Below are positions 39,900 through 51,471 of a stretch of 64,000 bases of DNA, piece by piece. The position numbers and the translations under genes were made by a program. Under the pieces are notes generated by a model that was not told the origin of the DNA, searched no databases, and was given only the letters and a program-made list of their open reading frames with translations. How positions within the stretch are numbered: position 1 is the stretch's first letter; every line of letters starts with the position of its first letter. Where the stretch lies: the NCBI GenBank assembly GCA_965277715.1, contig OZ255836.1:4128001-4192000 (forward strand). The letters are read 5' to 3'. The stretch comes from Gammaproteobacteria bacterium (lineage in GTDB: Bacteria; Pseudomonadota; Gammaproteobacteria; JBCCGL01).

Positions 39900-40212
39900 G
39901 GCGGTATATTGGGTAAAAAAACGGGGGCGTATTCTCTCACAAATTTTTAAGCTCCTTGAGGTTTCGCCCGAATATTTCACAACAGCCACTGACAGCCCGC
40001 AATCCATTGGTTTCACAAAGAAATGCCCAAAGGCGTGGTATACCGGTGATTGCTTCGACTGAGGGCATACGCCGTGTGGCATTAAAATGGTCAGCGGGAC
40101 AAGGCTTATTGTGAAATACGCGGGCTGTAATAACAGCTTGCCCACGCTGCCCAAGCATCCTAGAATGGGCGGCTTATTTTGATATTGTCTGAATAGACAT
40201 TGGGAGTGCAAT

Positions 40213-41367
40213 ATGGCCTGGAATGAACCGGGTGGTGGCAATAAAGATCCGTGGGGTAAGAACAATCAGGATGGCCCACCCGATCTGGACGAAGTGTTCA
40301 AAAACGTTCAATCCAAAGTCAGCGATATTTTTGGCAAAGGCAAACCCAATGGCGGTTCCCCGTCTGGCTCTGGCATACCTGGCCGGTTTGGTGCGCTGGG
40401 TGGTTCGCTGCTTTTTATCGTACTGGTTATTGCCTGGTTAGCGACAGGCGTTTACATCATCCAGCCAGCGGAGCGGGGTGTCATTACGCAATTTGGCCGA
40501 TACGCCAGCACCTCACTGGCAGGCCCTCACTGGCATATTCCCTGGCCAATACAGGAGCTGGAGCGCGTCAACGTTGACCAGAATCGCTCAATACGTATGC
40601 GCGGGCAAACCATCCTGACACGCGATGAAAACATCGTCGAAATCGATATGGCGGTGCAATACAACGTCAATAGTGCCGAGGATTTTCTATTTAAAGTGCG
40701 CGATCCCGATGCGACGCTTCAGGATATTGCTGAAAGTGCCGTGCGCGAGGTGATTGGCAAAAATGACATGGATTTCATTATTACCCAGGGGCGCGACGCG
40801 ATTGCCGGTTCGACCAAAGACAATATGCAAAGGTTGTTGGATGAATACAAAACGGGCCTGCAAGTCACCACGGTGAACCTGGAGTCGGCACAGCCACCGG
40901 AGGCGGTGCAAGCGGCGTTTTCTGATGCAATTAAAGCACGCGAAGACGAACAGCGCTTTATCAATGAAGCGGAAGCCTACTCAAACGGCATCATCCCACG
41001 TGCACGGGGTAATGCCAGGCAGTTACTGGAGGAGGCCAAAGGCTATCGCACACGGGTTGTTAAAGCCGCAGAAGGTGAAACCAAACGCTTTTTAGCCTTG
41101 TTGAAAGAGTATGAAAAAGCACCCAAGGTCACTCGTGACCGGCTCTACATTGATGCGGTGGAAGGTGTTCTGAACAATACCAACAAAGTGGTTATCGATG
41201 TGGAGGGCGGTAATAATCTGATGTACCTGCCATTGGATAAACTGATCAATCAAAACAATACGCCCCGCAGTGAGGTTGACACACAAGATGGCGAAAACCA
41301 ATTTGCGTTGCCAACCCAAAGCACTCAACCGAACAAGATTAATCGCCGTACACGGGGGAGCAACTAA
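40213..41367 (+). CDS. hflK: FtsH modulator HflK
   Basis: MAWNEPGG, GPPDLDE, SPFH domain, NNLMYLPLDKL. Confidence 0.97.
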   Translation: MAWNEPGGGNKDPWGKNNQDGPPDLDEVFKNVQSKVSDIFGKGKPNGGSPSGSGIPGRFGALGGSLLFIVLVIAWLATGVYIIQPAERGVITQFGRYASTSLAGPHWHIPWPIQELERVNVDQNRSIRMRGQTILTRDENIVEIDMAVQYNVNSAEDFLFKVRDPDATLQDIAESAVREVIGKNDMDFIITQGRDAIAGSTKDNMQRLLDEYKTGLQVTTVNLESAQPPEAVQAAFSDAIKAREDEQRFINEAEAYSNGIIPRARGNARQLLEEAKGYRTRVVKAAEGETKRFLALLKEYEKAPKVTRDRLYIDAVEGVLNNTNKVVIDVEGGNNLMYLPLDKLINQNNTPRSEVDTQDGENQFALPTQSTQPNKINRRTRGSN

Positions 41368-42245
41368 TGAACCGATTGTTATTTATTGTTATTCTCGCCG
41401 GTTTGTCCGCGTTAGTGATCAATTCAGCTACTTTTACCGTGCATGAAAAAGAGCGGGCAATAAAGCTGGCGCTGGGGGAAATTGTCGAAACCGAATTTAC
41501 ACCGGGTCTCTACTTCAAACTGCCTTTCTATAACTCGATACGAAAATACGACGGTAGGATTCTCACTCTGGATGCCCGCCCTGAGCGGGTGTTAACCAGC
41601 GAGAAGAAAAACGTTATTGTCGATTCGTTTATGAAATGGAAAATCGGTGAAGTTGGCCGTTATTTTCGCGCCACAGGAGGGGATGAAAGGCGTGCATTGG
41701 CACTGTTGTCACAATTTGTCCGCAAGAGTGTGCTCGATTCCTTTGGTCGACGCACTGTGCAGGAGGTTATCTCCGGCGAGCGGGCCGAACTGATGGCAGA
41801 AGTGCAGACCGAAGTGCAACAACAGGCGACAGATCTCGGTATCGAAATTATCGATGTGCGGGTGAAAAAAGTGGAATTGCCCGAGGATGTCAGTGATTCG
41901 GTGTTCAGCCGTATGGAAAAAGAGCGTGCAACGGTTGCCAAGGCATTTCGTTCACGCGGTGAAGAGCAGGCCAAAGGCATTCGTGCCGACGCCGAGCGTC
42001 AACGCGAAGAAATTCTCGCAGAAGCCTACAGCGAATCTCAGCAGATTCGTGGTGAAGGTGATGCGACTGCCACCGAAATCTATGCCCGGGCGTATAACCG
42101 TGACGCAGAATTTTACCGCTTTTCCAGAAGCCTGAACGCCTATCGGAATACGATTGGGGGAAATGGCGATATGCTGGTGATAAAGCCTGATTCAGAGTTC
42201 TTTCGTTACTTTAATGACTCGAATGGAAGCTTACCATCGCAGTAA
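41367..42245 (+). CDS. hflC: FtsH modulator HflC
   Basis: PGLYFKLPF, LTSEKKNVIVD, IRGEGDA, PDSEFFRY. Confidence 0.97.
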   Translation: MNRLLFIVILAGLSALVINSATFTVHEKERAIKLALGEIVETEFTPGLYFKLPFYNSIRKYDGRILTLDARPERVLTSEKKNVIVDSFMKWKIGEVGRYFRATGGDERRALALLSQFVRKSVLDSFGRRTVQEVISGERAELMAEVQTEVQQQATDLGIEIIDVRVKKVELPEDVSDSVFSRMEKERATVAKAFRSRGEEQAKGIRADAERQREEILAEAYSESQQIRGEGDATATEIYARAYNRDAEFYRFSRSLNAYRNTIGGNGDMLVIKPDSEFFRYFNDSNGSLPSQ

Positions 42246-42263
42246 CTGTTCCTCTTTTATGTC

Positions 42264-42353
42264 ACCAGGAGCCTGTCGGGTTTAGGCGCTTGTAGCGAGG
42301 GCCAAATCGGCTTTTCCGCAGTAGAGCAGTTCTGAATCTGACAGGCTCCTGGT
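42264..42353. repeat. 90-bp MITE-like element with 14-bp terminal inverted repeats
   Basis: ACCAGGAGCCTGTC ... GACAGGCTCCTGGT. Confidence 0.65.
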
Positions 42354-42355
42354 AG

Positions 42356-42387
42356 GGCGCGGGGGCGTGTTCTCCCGCGCCTTTTTT
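42356..42387 (+). terminator. rho-independent terminator after hflC
   Basis: GGCGCGGG-loop-CCCGCGCC followed by TTTTTT. Confidence 0.7.
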
Positions 42388-42412
42388 GCGGCCCTTACAT
42401 TAGTCAATACCT

Positions 42413-42598
42413 ATGTGGACGGATATTCTCACAGCAGTGTCACTGCTTTTCGTGTTTGAAGGCCTATTGCCGTTTATCAATCCGCACGCCTACCGGCGTA
42501 GCGTTGCCCAGATGTTGCGGCTGCATGTTACCCACCTGAGGTTGTTCGGTTTGGGCAGTATGTTATTCGGTGTTGTACTGTTATATTTTGTCAGGTAA
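42413..42598 (+). CDS. yjeT: DUF2065/YjeT small membrane protein
   Basis: EGLLPFINP...LRLFGL; position between hflC and hisZ. Confidence 0.88.
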   Translation: MWTDILTAVSLLFVFEGLLPFINPHAYRRSVAQMLRLHVTHLRLFGLGSMLFGVVLLYFVR

Positions 42599-42613
42599 AC
42601 CCTCATTGACACT

Positions 42614-43756
42614 GTGAACAATAATACTATCTGGATGTTGCCTGAGGGCATTGATGAACTTTTGCCGCCACAGGCCTGGGCTTTGGAGCTGTTGCGCCGC
42701 AAAATACTCGATCACTACTGGCGCTGTGGTTACGATCTGGTGCAACCGCCCCATATTGAATACATTGAGTCATTGCTGGTAGGCACTGGGCACGAATTTG
42801 ACTTGCAGACCTTTAAATTAATCGATCAACTCAATGGGCGCACACTGGGTGTGCGTGCCGATATGACGCCACAGGTGGCGCGTATCGATGCGCATCGTCT
42901 AAACCAGGAGGGTGCGGTGCGCCTGTGCTATCTGGGCACAGTATTGCGCACCCGACCGGATGGCTTTGCCGGTGGCCGCAGCCCGCTACAGCTCGGGGCG
43001 GAAATTTACGGCCATAAAGGCGTTGAGAGCGATGCGGAAGTGCTGTGTTTGATGCTGGAGACATTACAGCTTGCCGGGCTGGAGAATATTTACCTGGATA
43101 TTGGCCATGTGGGTATTTTTCGTGGGCTTGCCGACCAGGCAAAACTCAATGCACAACAAACACACACCTTATTTGAGATGTTGCAGCGTAAGTCCAGAGC
43201 TGAAATTGATGACTTTGTTGATAGTAGTGAGTGCCCACCGGATGTAGCCGGGCAGCTCAAGGCATTAATCGATTTGAACGGTGATCAATCAGTACTCACG
43301 AAGGCCGACACACTATTTGCCAATGCCAATACACAGGTGCGTGATGCTGTCCAGTATTTGTGCAGACTGTCGGCATTAGTGACCAGTCGATTTGAGGACA
43401 CCCCACTCAATTTTGATTTGGCCGAGCTGCGCGGTTATCACTATCACACCGGGGTCGTATTTGCCGCGTATCAGCATGGGCAGGGGCAGGAAATAGCACG
43501 CGGTGGTCGCTACGATGATATAGGCGAAGCGTTTGGTCGTGCCCGCCCCGCCACGGGTTTTAGCACTGACCTGAAGTCATTGGCAGTCAAGGGCCGGGCC
43601 GGGCAGGATACCGCGCAGTCGGCGGCGGAAACTTTTGCGCCATTTCCTATGCACAATGCTGCATGGCAAAACGTGCAGGCCCTGCGTGCACAGGGGCGCC
43701 GGGTCGTCTGTGAATTATCTGCACAGCAAACGGGGCAATCAGGTTGTGCGAAATAA
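42614..43756 (+). CDS. hisZ: ATP phosphoribosyltransferase regulatory subunit
   Basis: WMLPEGIDELLP, RADMTPQVARIDAH, LRGYHYHTG, RPATGFS. Confidence 0.95.
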   Translation: MNNNTIWMLPEGIDELLPPQAWALELLRRKILDHYWRCGYDLVQPPHIEYIESLLVGTGHEFDLQTFKLIDQLNGRTLGVRADMTPQVARIDAHRLNQEGAVRLCYLGTVLRTRPDGFAGGRSPLQLGAEIYGHKGVESDAEVLCLMLETLQLAGLENIYLDIGHVGIFRGLADQAKLNAQQTHTLFEMLQRKSRAEIDDFVDSSECPPDVAGQLKALIDLNGDQSVLTKADTLFANANTQVRDAVQYLCRLSALVTSRFEDTPLNFDLAELRGYHYHTGVVFAAYQHGQGQEIARGGRYDDIGEAFGRARPATGFSTDLKSLAVKGRAGQDTAQSAAETFAPFPMHNAAWQNVQALRAQGRRVVCELSAQQTGQSGCAK

Positions 43757-43788
43757 TGGGTGGCCCCTCGAAATTAAAGCGAAGTTAA

Positions 43789-45114
<1,326 letters not shown>

Positions 45115-45154
45115 TGGGTATTTTAATCGGTAGTCGATAGTACCGCCCGTCTAT

Positions 45155-46045
45155 ATGCAACACCGTCCGCTTCTTTACGGCGTGCTGTTCGCTATGGCCT
45201 CGGCATTTGCCTACGGCATGAACACCCCCTTCGCACCGGCTGTATTTGCCGGGGGCGGTACAGCCATTCTGGTGATACTGCTGCGGGCGTTGGGCGCTGT
45301 AATACTGTCTGCGCTGTGCCTGCCATTCTTTAATAAAACAGATTACCGGCACACGCGGACTCTGCCTGTCTGCGCATTGCTCGCCGTTTTTCTGTTTGCC
45401 CAGGGTTGGTTGTACGTCAGTTCGGTAGCCTTTATCCCTGTGAGCCTGGCGGCATTGTTATTTTTTACCTGGCCTGTACTGGTGGGCACAGTGGCCATTT
45501 GCCGTAAACAGAGTGGCATCCCCTTATCGCAGTTGCTTTATTTTGTTGTGGCACTGGGTGGGCTGGGGCTTGCTCTTGGTGCGGATTTTCACACGCTGGA
45601 TGCGAGAGGCATTGCATTTGCCTGCTGTGGGGCCGTGTGTATGGCGATTTATGTACTCGCCACCTCACGCTGCCTGCCCGCTGAAGCTAACCCGGTACTA
45701 CTCAACATGCAAATCAATGCGGTGATTGTCGTTATCGCTTTGATTGTCATGCTGTTGTTGGAGGACTTTTCACTGCCAACGGGCGCCGATGCGCTGCGTA
45801 GCCTGACGATTATGATTGTTTTTTACGCCTTCGCCACCTGCGCACAAATTATCGCCATTCGCCATGCGGGCGCCCCTTTGGCGGCATTGTTTTTCAACCT
45901 GGAGCCGGTGGTGTCGATTCTGCTGGCGGCGCTGCTGTTAGCTGAAACCCTGTCTTACCAACAGTATATCGGTGGCAGCATAGTTATAATTGCATTAATC
46001 CTCTACAGTGCGCACCGCTGTTTCCGGCCAGCGGTTATCAAATAG
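45155..46045 (+). CDS. DMT/EamA family transporter
   Basis: ~10 hydrophobic helices, LLFFTWP, NLEPV. Confidence 0.85.
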   Translation: MQHRPLLYGVLFAMASAFAYGMNTPFAPAVFAGGGTAILVILLRALGAVILSALCLPFFNKTDYRHTRTLPVCALLAVFLFAQGWLYVSSVAFIPVSLAALLFFTWPVLVGTVAICRKQSGIPLSQLLYFVVALGGLGLALGADFHTLDARGIAFACCGAVCMAIYVLATSRCLPAEANPVLLNMQINAVIVVIALIVMLLLEDFSLPTGADALRSLTIMIVFYAFATCAQIIAIRHAGAPLAALFFNLEPVVSILLAALLLAETLSYQQYIGGSIVIIALILYSAHRCFRPAVIK

Positions 46046-46282
46046 CGCCCTAAACGATTGCCGATAGACAGGGAAACACGCTGTGCTTGAATTCTGCTTT
46101 TCAAGCCGGTATGGTTCCCGCGTCGACACATAAGTAATTGTCGTGTGTGGCGCAATACCGTTATTTTGCCTGGCAATGTTGAGTGTGATGGCCACGCAGA
46201 GTGACATTCTGTTTGACTTGATCGACGGAAAAATAATCGGGCACTGGCCCAATAATTAACCTTATTAAGTGAGGAAATAAGC

Positions 46283-47245
46283 ATGAGTAAAACCACTCGA
46301 TACACTGCGGTTTGTGCAGCATTGTTATCGGCAAGCGTTAGCACTACGGCTGTCCAGGCGGCGGATATCGTGATCGGTGTACCGAACTGGCCTTCGGTTG
46401 CAGTGACTGCTGATATTTTAAAAGTTGTTCTGGAAGATAACTTTGGCTTGGAAGTTGAGCTGCAAAACGCCACCAATCCCGTTGTTTTTGAAGCGATGGA
46501 TTCCGGTAGCATGCACGTCCATCCTGAAGTCTGGTTACCTAACCAAACCAACCTACACAACACCTTTGTAAAAGATAAAGGCACGGTTAGCATGAACCCT
46601 AACGGCGTTCCCGCGTTTCAGGGCATGTGTGTTACCAAAGGCACCGCAGACCGTACGGGTATCAAATCACTGTCTGATTTGTCTGACCCGGATATGGCTA
46701 AAAACTTCGATGCCAACGGCGATGGCATGGGTGAGGTATGGGTAGGTGCATCTGGCTGGGCATCAACCAGTGTCGAAAAAATTCGCGCCAAAAGCTATGG
46801 TTATGACGAAACCATGGAACTGCTCGAAATGGACGAAACTCTGGCTATGGCACAGGTCGATGCAGCCGTTGCTAAAGATTCCAATCACGTCTTCTTCTGC
46901 TACACCCCAAACCACGTATTTGCACTACATGACCTCGTTGTACTGGAAGAGCCTGCGTACGATGGCGCCAAATGGAAGGTTATCCAACCAACCGATGATC
47001 CGGATTGGCTGGAAAAATCCGATGCCCCCGTTGCATGGGATCTGGCTTACCTGCACATCCACTATGCAAGCTCGCTTAAAGAGTCTCACCCTGAAGCGGC
47101 CGCTATGCTGGCTAACGTAAAAATGGATACCGACCTGGTATCGGGCATGACCTATGCGCTGGTAGTGGATAAAGTCGATCCTGCGGAATACGCCAAACAG
47201 TGGGTTCAGGACAATGCAGAACTGGTGGAAAGCTGGTTGAAGTAA
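46283..47245 (+). CDS. glycine betaine/proline-type ABC substrate-binding protein
   Basis: signal peptide, NWPS, HPEVWLPN, FFCYTP; GAGG RBS. Confidence 0.88.
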   Translation: MSKTTRYTAVCAALLSASVSTTAVQAADIVIGVPNWPSVAVTADILKVVLEDNFGLEVELQNATNPVVFEAMDSGSMHVHPEVWLPNQTNLHNTFVKDKGTVSMNPNGVPAFQGMCVTKGTADRTGIKSLSDLSDPDMAKNFDANGDGMGEVWVGASGWASTSVEKIRAKSYGYDETMELLEMDETLAMAQVDAAVAKDSNHVFFCYTPNHVFALHDLVVLEEPAYDGAKWKVIQPTDDPDWLEKSDAPVAWDLAYLHIHYASSLKESHPEAAAMLANVKMDTDLVSGMTYALVVDKVDPAEYAKQWVQDNAELVESWLK

Positions 47246-47287
47246 ATCGTTACTAATGTCACTTAATGTGCATTATTAACGGGTAAT

Positions 47288-47324
47288 AAACGGGCGGTGC
47301 AGTCTTGTACCGCCCGTTTTTTTT
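47288..47324 (+). terminator. terminator-like hairpin after the binding-protein gene
   Basis: AAACGGGCGGT-loop-ACCGCCCGTTT followed by a T run. Confidence 0.75.
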
Positions 47325-47390
47325 AAAGCTGCTTTCTTATTGACAGTGATAGTTAGCGGTTATAGAAAGATAATAATAGGGGGTACCCAC

Positions 47391-48437
47391 TTGAACGAGC
47401 AAGTTATTAAGCTTGAAGGTGTCTGGAAGATTTTCGGTACACGCGCAGAAGAGGCGATGCAGGCGGTTGTCCAGGAGGGGCTGAGTAAACCGCAGGTATT
47501 GGAAAAATATGGATGCGTTGTCGGTATCGCCGATTGTTCTTTTGAAGTGTCGCGTGGGGAAATTTTCTGTGTAATGGGGCTGTCCGGTTCCGGTAAATCC
47601 ACGATGGTTCGCCACCTCAACCGCCTTATTGAGCCAACAGCGGGCAGTATCAATGTGCTTGGCAGGGATGTGTTGGCACTCGGTGAAGATGAACTGCGCA
47701 AATTGCGTGCGGCACATATTGGCATGGTGTTTCAGCACATGGCACTTTTCCCTCACCGCACAGTGCGCGATAACGTCGCTTTTCCCTTGCAGGTACAGGG
47801 TGAACCAAAGGCAAAGCGCTGGAATGAGTCACAACGCTGCCTTAACCTGGTGAACCTGGATGGCTATGAAGACCGCTTTCCCAGTGAATTGTCTGGCGGT
47901 ATGCAGCAGCGCGTCGGCCTTGCCAGAGCACTGGCCTCAGACCCGGAAGTGCTGCTGATGGATGAACCATTTTCCGCACTTGATCCATTGATTCGTCGGC
48001 AACTCCAGGAGCAGTTTATGGCCCTGTCTGCCGACCTGGATAAAACCACTGTCTTTATTACCCACGATCTCGACGAGGCCATCCGTATCGGCAACCGCAT
48101 CGCGATTATGAAAGACGGTGTTATCGTACAAATTGGTACGCCGGAAGAAATTGTGACCAACCCTATCGATGATTATGTGCGCGATTTTGTCGAGGGTATA
48201 TCAACACTAAAACTGATTTTCGCGCATACGATTATGGAAAAAATCGATAACTATCAACTTAAACCAGGGGAAGACCTCAGCCAGGCACTGCGGGTGCCGC
48301 ACGACACTGACCTGAGCGGGCTGATCGACATATCGACGACAACCGAACAACCTGTCGTTATCACCGATGATGGTAAAGATGTCGGCGTCATTAATAAATC
48401 CACACTCCTTAAAGGTATCAAAGGAGGAGACAACTAA
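47391..48437 (+). CDS. betaine ABC ATPase (ProV/OpuAA-like)
   Basis: MGLSGSGKST, LSGGMQQRVGLARAL, MDEPFSALDPLIR. Confidence 0.93.
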   Translation: MNEQVIKLEGVWKIFGTRAEEAMQAVVQEGLSKPQVLEKYGCVVGIADCSFEVSRGEIFCVMGLSGSGKSTMVRHLNRLIEPTAGSINVLGRDVLALGEDELRKLRAAHIGMVFQHMALFPHRTVRDNVAFPLQVQGEPKAKRWNESQRCLNLVNLDGYEDRFPSELSGGMQQRVGLARALASDPEVLLMDEPFSALDPLIRRQLQEQFMALSADLDKTTVFITHDLDEAIRIGNRIAIMKDGVIVQIGTPEEIVTNPIDDYVRDFVEGISTLKLIFAHTIMEKIDNYQLKPGEDLSQALRVPHDTDLSGLIDISTTTEQPVVITDDGKDVGVINKSTLLKGIKGGDN

Positions 48438-49981
48438 TGCAAGAATCAGGCTTTTCCGCAGAACCGAAACAACTCACCAGCTCTGTTGGTGATTTTGTCG
48501 GTGCCAATAGTGATTACTACAGTCGCGAGTTTGAAAAAATCCAGTCGGCCACTGAATTCCCTAAGTCATGGAATATGATGGCCGCTATTGCCGGTCCTTT
48601 TTGGGGGGCGGCCCGCGGGCTCTGGGGGTTTTTCTGGACATTCCTCGTTTTGGAAATCCTGGCCTTTGTACAAATTGGCAAAGGGTTGTGGGGTGAGCTG
48701 GGCGCTGAGCACCTCGCCAAAATAGATCGTCTTACGATCAAGTACGACCAGTTTCAACAAAAATATGAAGCGGCACTGGCGGCTAATAGCCCGGATGCGG
48801 CCAGCTTTTTAGGGCGTGCCGAGAACTTAAAAAAAATAATGGATCGCTCCGCAGAAGAGGCCATGATCGCCGCTGATGCCGCCGGGACTTATTTGCTCGT
48901 CGGTATTGTATTGCTGTTGGCACTGCGCACATTACAGGGCTTTTACGCCAATATGCGCTATGAAAAGCAATACCTCACCTGGCGTGCCGAGCCAGAGCGC
49001 ACATCATCCGGGTTGAAGTGGCACTGGGGTGGCTTTGGGGCGCTATTGTGGTTGGCGATTGTGCCGCTGACCCTGTACCGCTTTACCGTCGGAAAAATTG
49101 CCCCTGGGCTGGAACCGTATGTGATCGGTTTTCCAATCAAGAAAAAAGAATACTTTTCACCACTCTCCACATGGATGGAGGAGGGGTTTGACTGGTTGAC
49201 GGTAAAGGGGGACGGTGTGTTTAAAGGTGTCGTCGCCACCATCAGAACGGTATTAGACGGCTTGGAAACGGTTTTTGTCGATACTCCCTGGCCGGTGGTA
49301 ATGACGGTGATTGTGGTGGTTGCCTGGCGGCTTGCCGGTTACCGGGTGGCTATATTTACCGCTGCTTCGCTCGCCTATCTGGGTTTGATGGGGTTGTGGG
49401 AAACCAGTATGGTCACGGTTGCCCTATTGGGTGCGGCGGCTTTTCTCTGTTTGTTGTTTGGTATTCCGCTCGGTATCTGGTTTGGTAAAAGTACGCGTGC
49501 GTACAATGCTGCATTGCCTGTGCTGGATTTTATGCAGACTATGCCTGCGTTTGTCTATTTAATCCCGATTATTGCCTTTTTTGGTACGGGCAAACCGCCG
49601 GGGGTGTTGGCTACGCTGATTTTTGGGATGCCGCCGGTTATCCGCCTGACGGCGCTGGGTATGCGGGGAGTGCCGGAGAATACCAAGGAGGCTGCGGTGG
49701 CTTTTGGTTGTACTAAGTGGACATTGTTGCGTGATGTTGAAATTCCTTTGGCGATGCCATCGATTATGACGGGCATTAATCAGACTATTTTGATGTGTTT
49801 GTCGATGGTGGTGATTGCCTCTCTTATTGGCGCGAAAGGGTTGGGGCAGGATGTGTTGATTGCGTTGCAATATGCCGCTAAAGGGCAGGGTATGCTTGCC
49901 GGTTTGGCTATTTTGTTTTGTGCGATGGTTATTGATCGGATTATTCAGGGGCACTATAAACGTTCTACATCCCGGCATTGA
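48437..49981 (+). CDS. betaine ABC permease (ProW-like) with long N-terminal membrane extension
   Basis: LDFMQTMPAFVYLIP, EAAVAFG, IASLIGAKGLG; extra ~230-aa N-terminal region (FVG.N.DYY...SWN..A..GPFW). Confidence 0.9.
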   Translation: MQESGFSAEPKQLTSSVGDFVGANSDYYSREFEKIQSATEFPKSWNMMAAIAGPFWGAARGLWGFFWTFLVLEILAFVQIGKGLWGELGAEHLAKIDRLTIKYDQFQQKYEAALAANSPDAASFLGRAENLKKIMDRSAEEAMIAADAAGTYLLVGIVLLLALRTLQGFYANMRYEKQYLTWRAEPERTSSGLKWHWGGFGALLWLAIVPLTLYRFTVGKIAPGLEPYVIGFPIKKKEYFSPLSTWMEEGFDWLTVKGDGVFKGVVATIRTVLDGLETVFVDTPWPVVMTVIVVVAWRLAGYRVAIFTAASLAYLGLMGLWETSMVTVALLGAAAFLCLLFGIPLGIWFGKSTRAYNAALPVLDFMQTMPAFVYLIPIIAFFGTGKPPGVLATLIFGMPPVIRLTALGMRGVPENTKEAAVAFGCTKWTLLRDVEIPLAMPSIMTGINQTILMCLSMVVIASLIGAKGLGQDVLIALQYAAKGQGMLAGLAILFCAMVIDRIIQGHYKRSTSRH

Positions 49982-50574
49982 TTTTATGCGCTACCCGGTA
50001 GTGGTGGGGAACCTGTTTTTAGGGTTCTTCACTGCTTAGGGTGTTATTGGGTTTCACTCACGATGTTTTGGTGTTTTTCTTTACTTTTTGCAGAGTGGGC
50101 GAGCTACTTTTTGTCTGCGCCCAAAGGCTACCGCTCCCCGGCAACTGCTCCTTACCTACGTCCTGTAGGTAAAAAGTAACCAGAAATGCGCTTTGGTTGC
50201 ATAGTTAACTATGGTGTTTAGACCCAGTGCGCTAAAGATCGGTGTTCTTATTGGTATTTTCTATGCGCATTGCAAACACCTAACCAAGCTCGAATGCCAC
50301 CTTGACCAGCCTGGGCTTCTTTCTGCCCGCAAGTGAGTCAGGTGCAGGCTGTGAGAATAATACCTTGCTAATCAATATAGGTGTGTGCCAACTGTTTCTG
50401 TGGAAGGTAGGCTGATGCTAGTTGCTGCTTGTCCAGTGTGCGGTCGGTTTTGAATTGATGAGCGGTTGGTTTCAATCCGTTAGCGTCGATAACGCTATGT
50501 CCTGTGTATTTATTTGTGCACATGTCAGTGCGTGGGGCTGTGTCACTTTATATGCTAATCAATAGTAATCCGTT

Positions 50575-51471
50575 GTGAATCAACCCTGGGTATTGCGGAT
50601 TGCACCCGTGTTGTTTGTGTTTCTGTGGAGCACGGGTTTTATTGGTGCCAAATACGGGATGTCGGGTGCAGAGCCTTTCACTTATCTGGCCCTGCGGTTT
50701 TTTATTGCCTGCGGTGTTATCGCTTTACTTGTGCCGCTGTTTAAGTCGCGTTGGCCAGGTTCTTTCACTGATTGTTTTCATCTTGCCGTTGTCGGTTGTT
50801 TGATACACGGTGTTTATCTCGGCGGTGTTTTCTCCGCTATTTATTACGGTTTGCCCGCCGGTATTTCGGCGATTATTGTGGGTGTTCACCCGTTGTTAAC
50901 CGCTTTGATCGCCAGTCGTTGGCTGGGTGAAACACTCAATTACATCAATCGACTGGGGTTGGTTGTCGGGTTTATTGGCATTGTGTGCGTGGTGGGTGGT
51001 GATCAAATACTGGAAACCAATACGCATATCATCGGGGTCTGGTTGTGCCTTGCCAGTTTGCTGGGTATTTCAATCGGCACCCTGTATCAAAAACGCTTTT
51101 GTAACGATACTGATTTATTAAGCGGTACGGCTATTCAGTATTTTGCAGCGACTGTGCTGCTGGCCATCCCTGCATTGATCAGCGAAACAGGCGAGATTGA
51201 TTGGAATGCCGAGGTACTCGGTGCGCTGTTGTGGTTAGTGCTGGCCTTGTCACTGGTCGCGGTATTGCTGCTGATGCTGATGATAAAACACGGCGAAGCC
51301 AATCGTGTCGCCAGTCTGTTTTATCTGGTGCCTGCGCTGACGAGCCTGGAGACTTGGATATTGTTTGACGAAACCCTGTCTGTTGTCGCCCTATATGGAA
51401 TAATTTTATGTATGCTTGGCGTTTACCTTGCGCGCCGACAAGCACCTGTCAGAGAACCAAAAAGTGAATGA
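50575..51471 (+). CDS. DMT/EamA family transporter
   Basis: FVFLWSTGFIGAK, HGVYLGGVF, GTLYQKRF, VASLFYLVP. Confidence 0.9.
   Translation: MNQPWVLRIAPVLFVFLWSTGFIGAKYGMSGAEPFTYLALRFFIACGVIALLVPLFKSRWPGSFTDCFHLAVVGCLIHGVYLGGVFSAIYYGLPAGISAIIVGVHPLLTALIASRWLGETLNYINRLGLVVGFIGIVCVVGGDQILETNTHIIGVWLCLASLLGISIGTLYQKRFCNDTDLLSGTAIQYFAATVLLAIPALISETGEIDWNAEVLGALLWLVLALSLVAVLLLMLMIKHGEANRVASLFYLVPALTSLETWILFDETLSVVALYGIILCMLGVYLARRQAPVREPKSE

Noticed and set aside
39900-40265. N-terminal extension of Mfd in the ORF track
   Set aside because: Overlaps the hflK start and intergenic region; a start at 39899 gives a normal-length Mfd.
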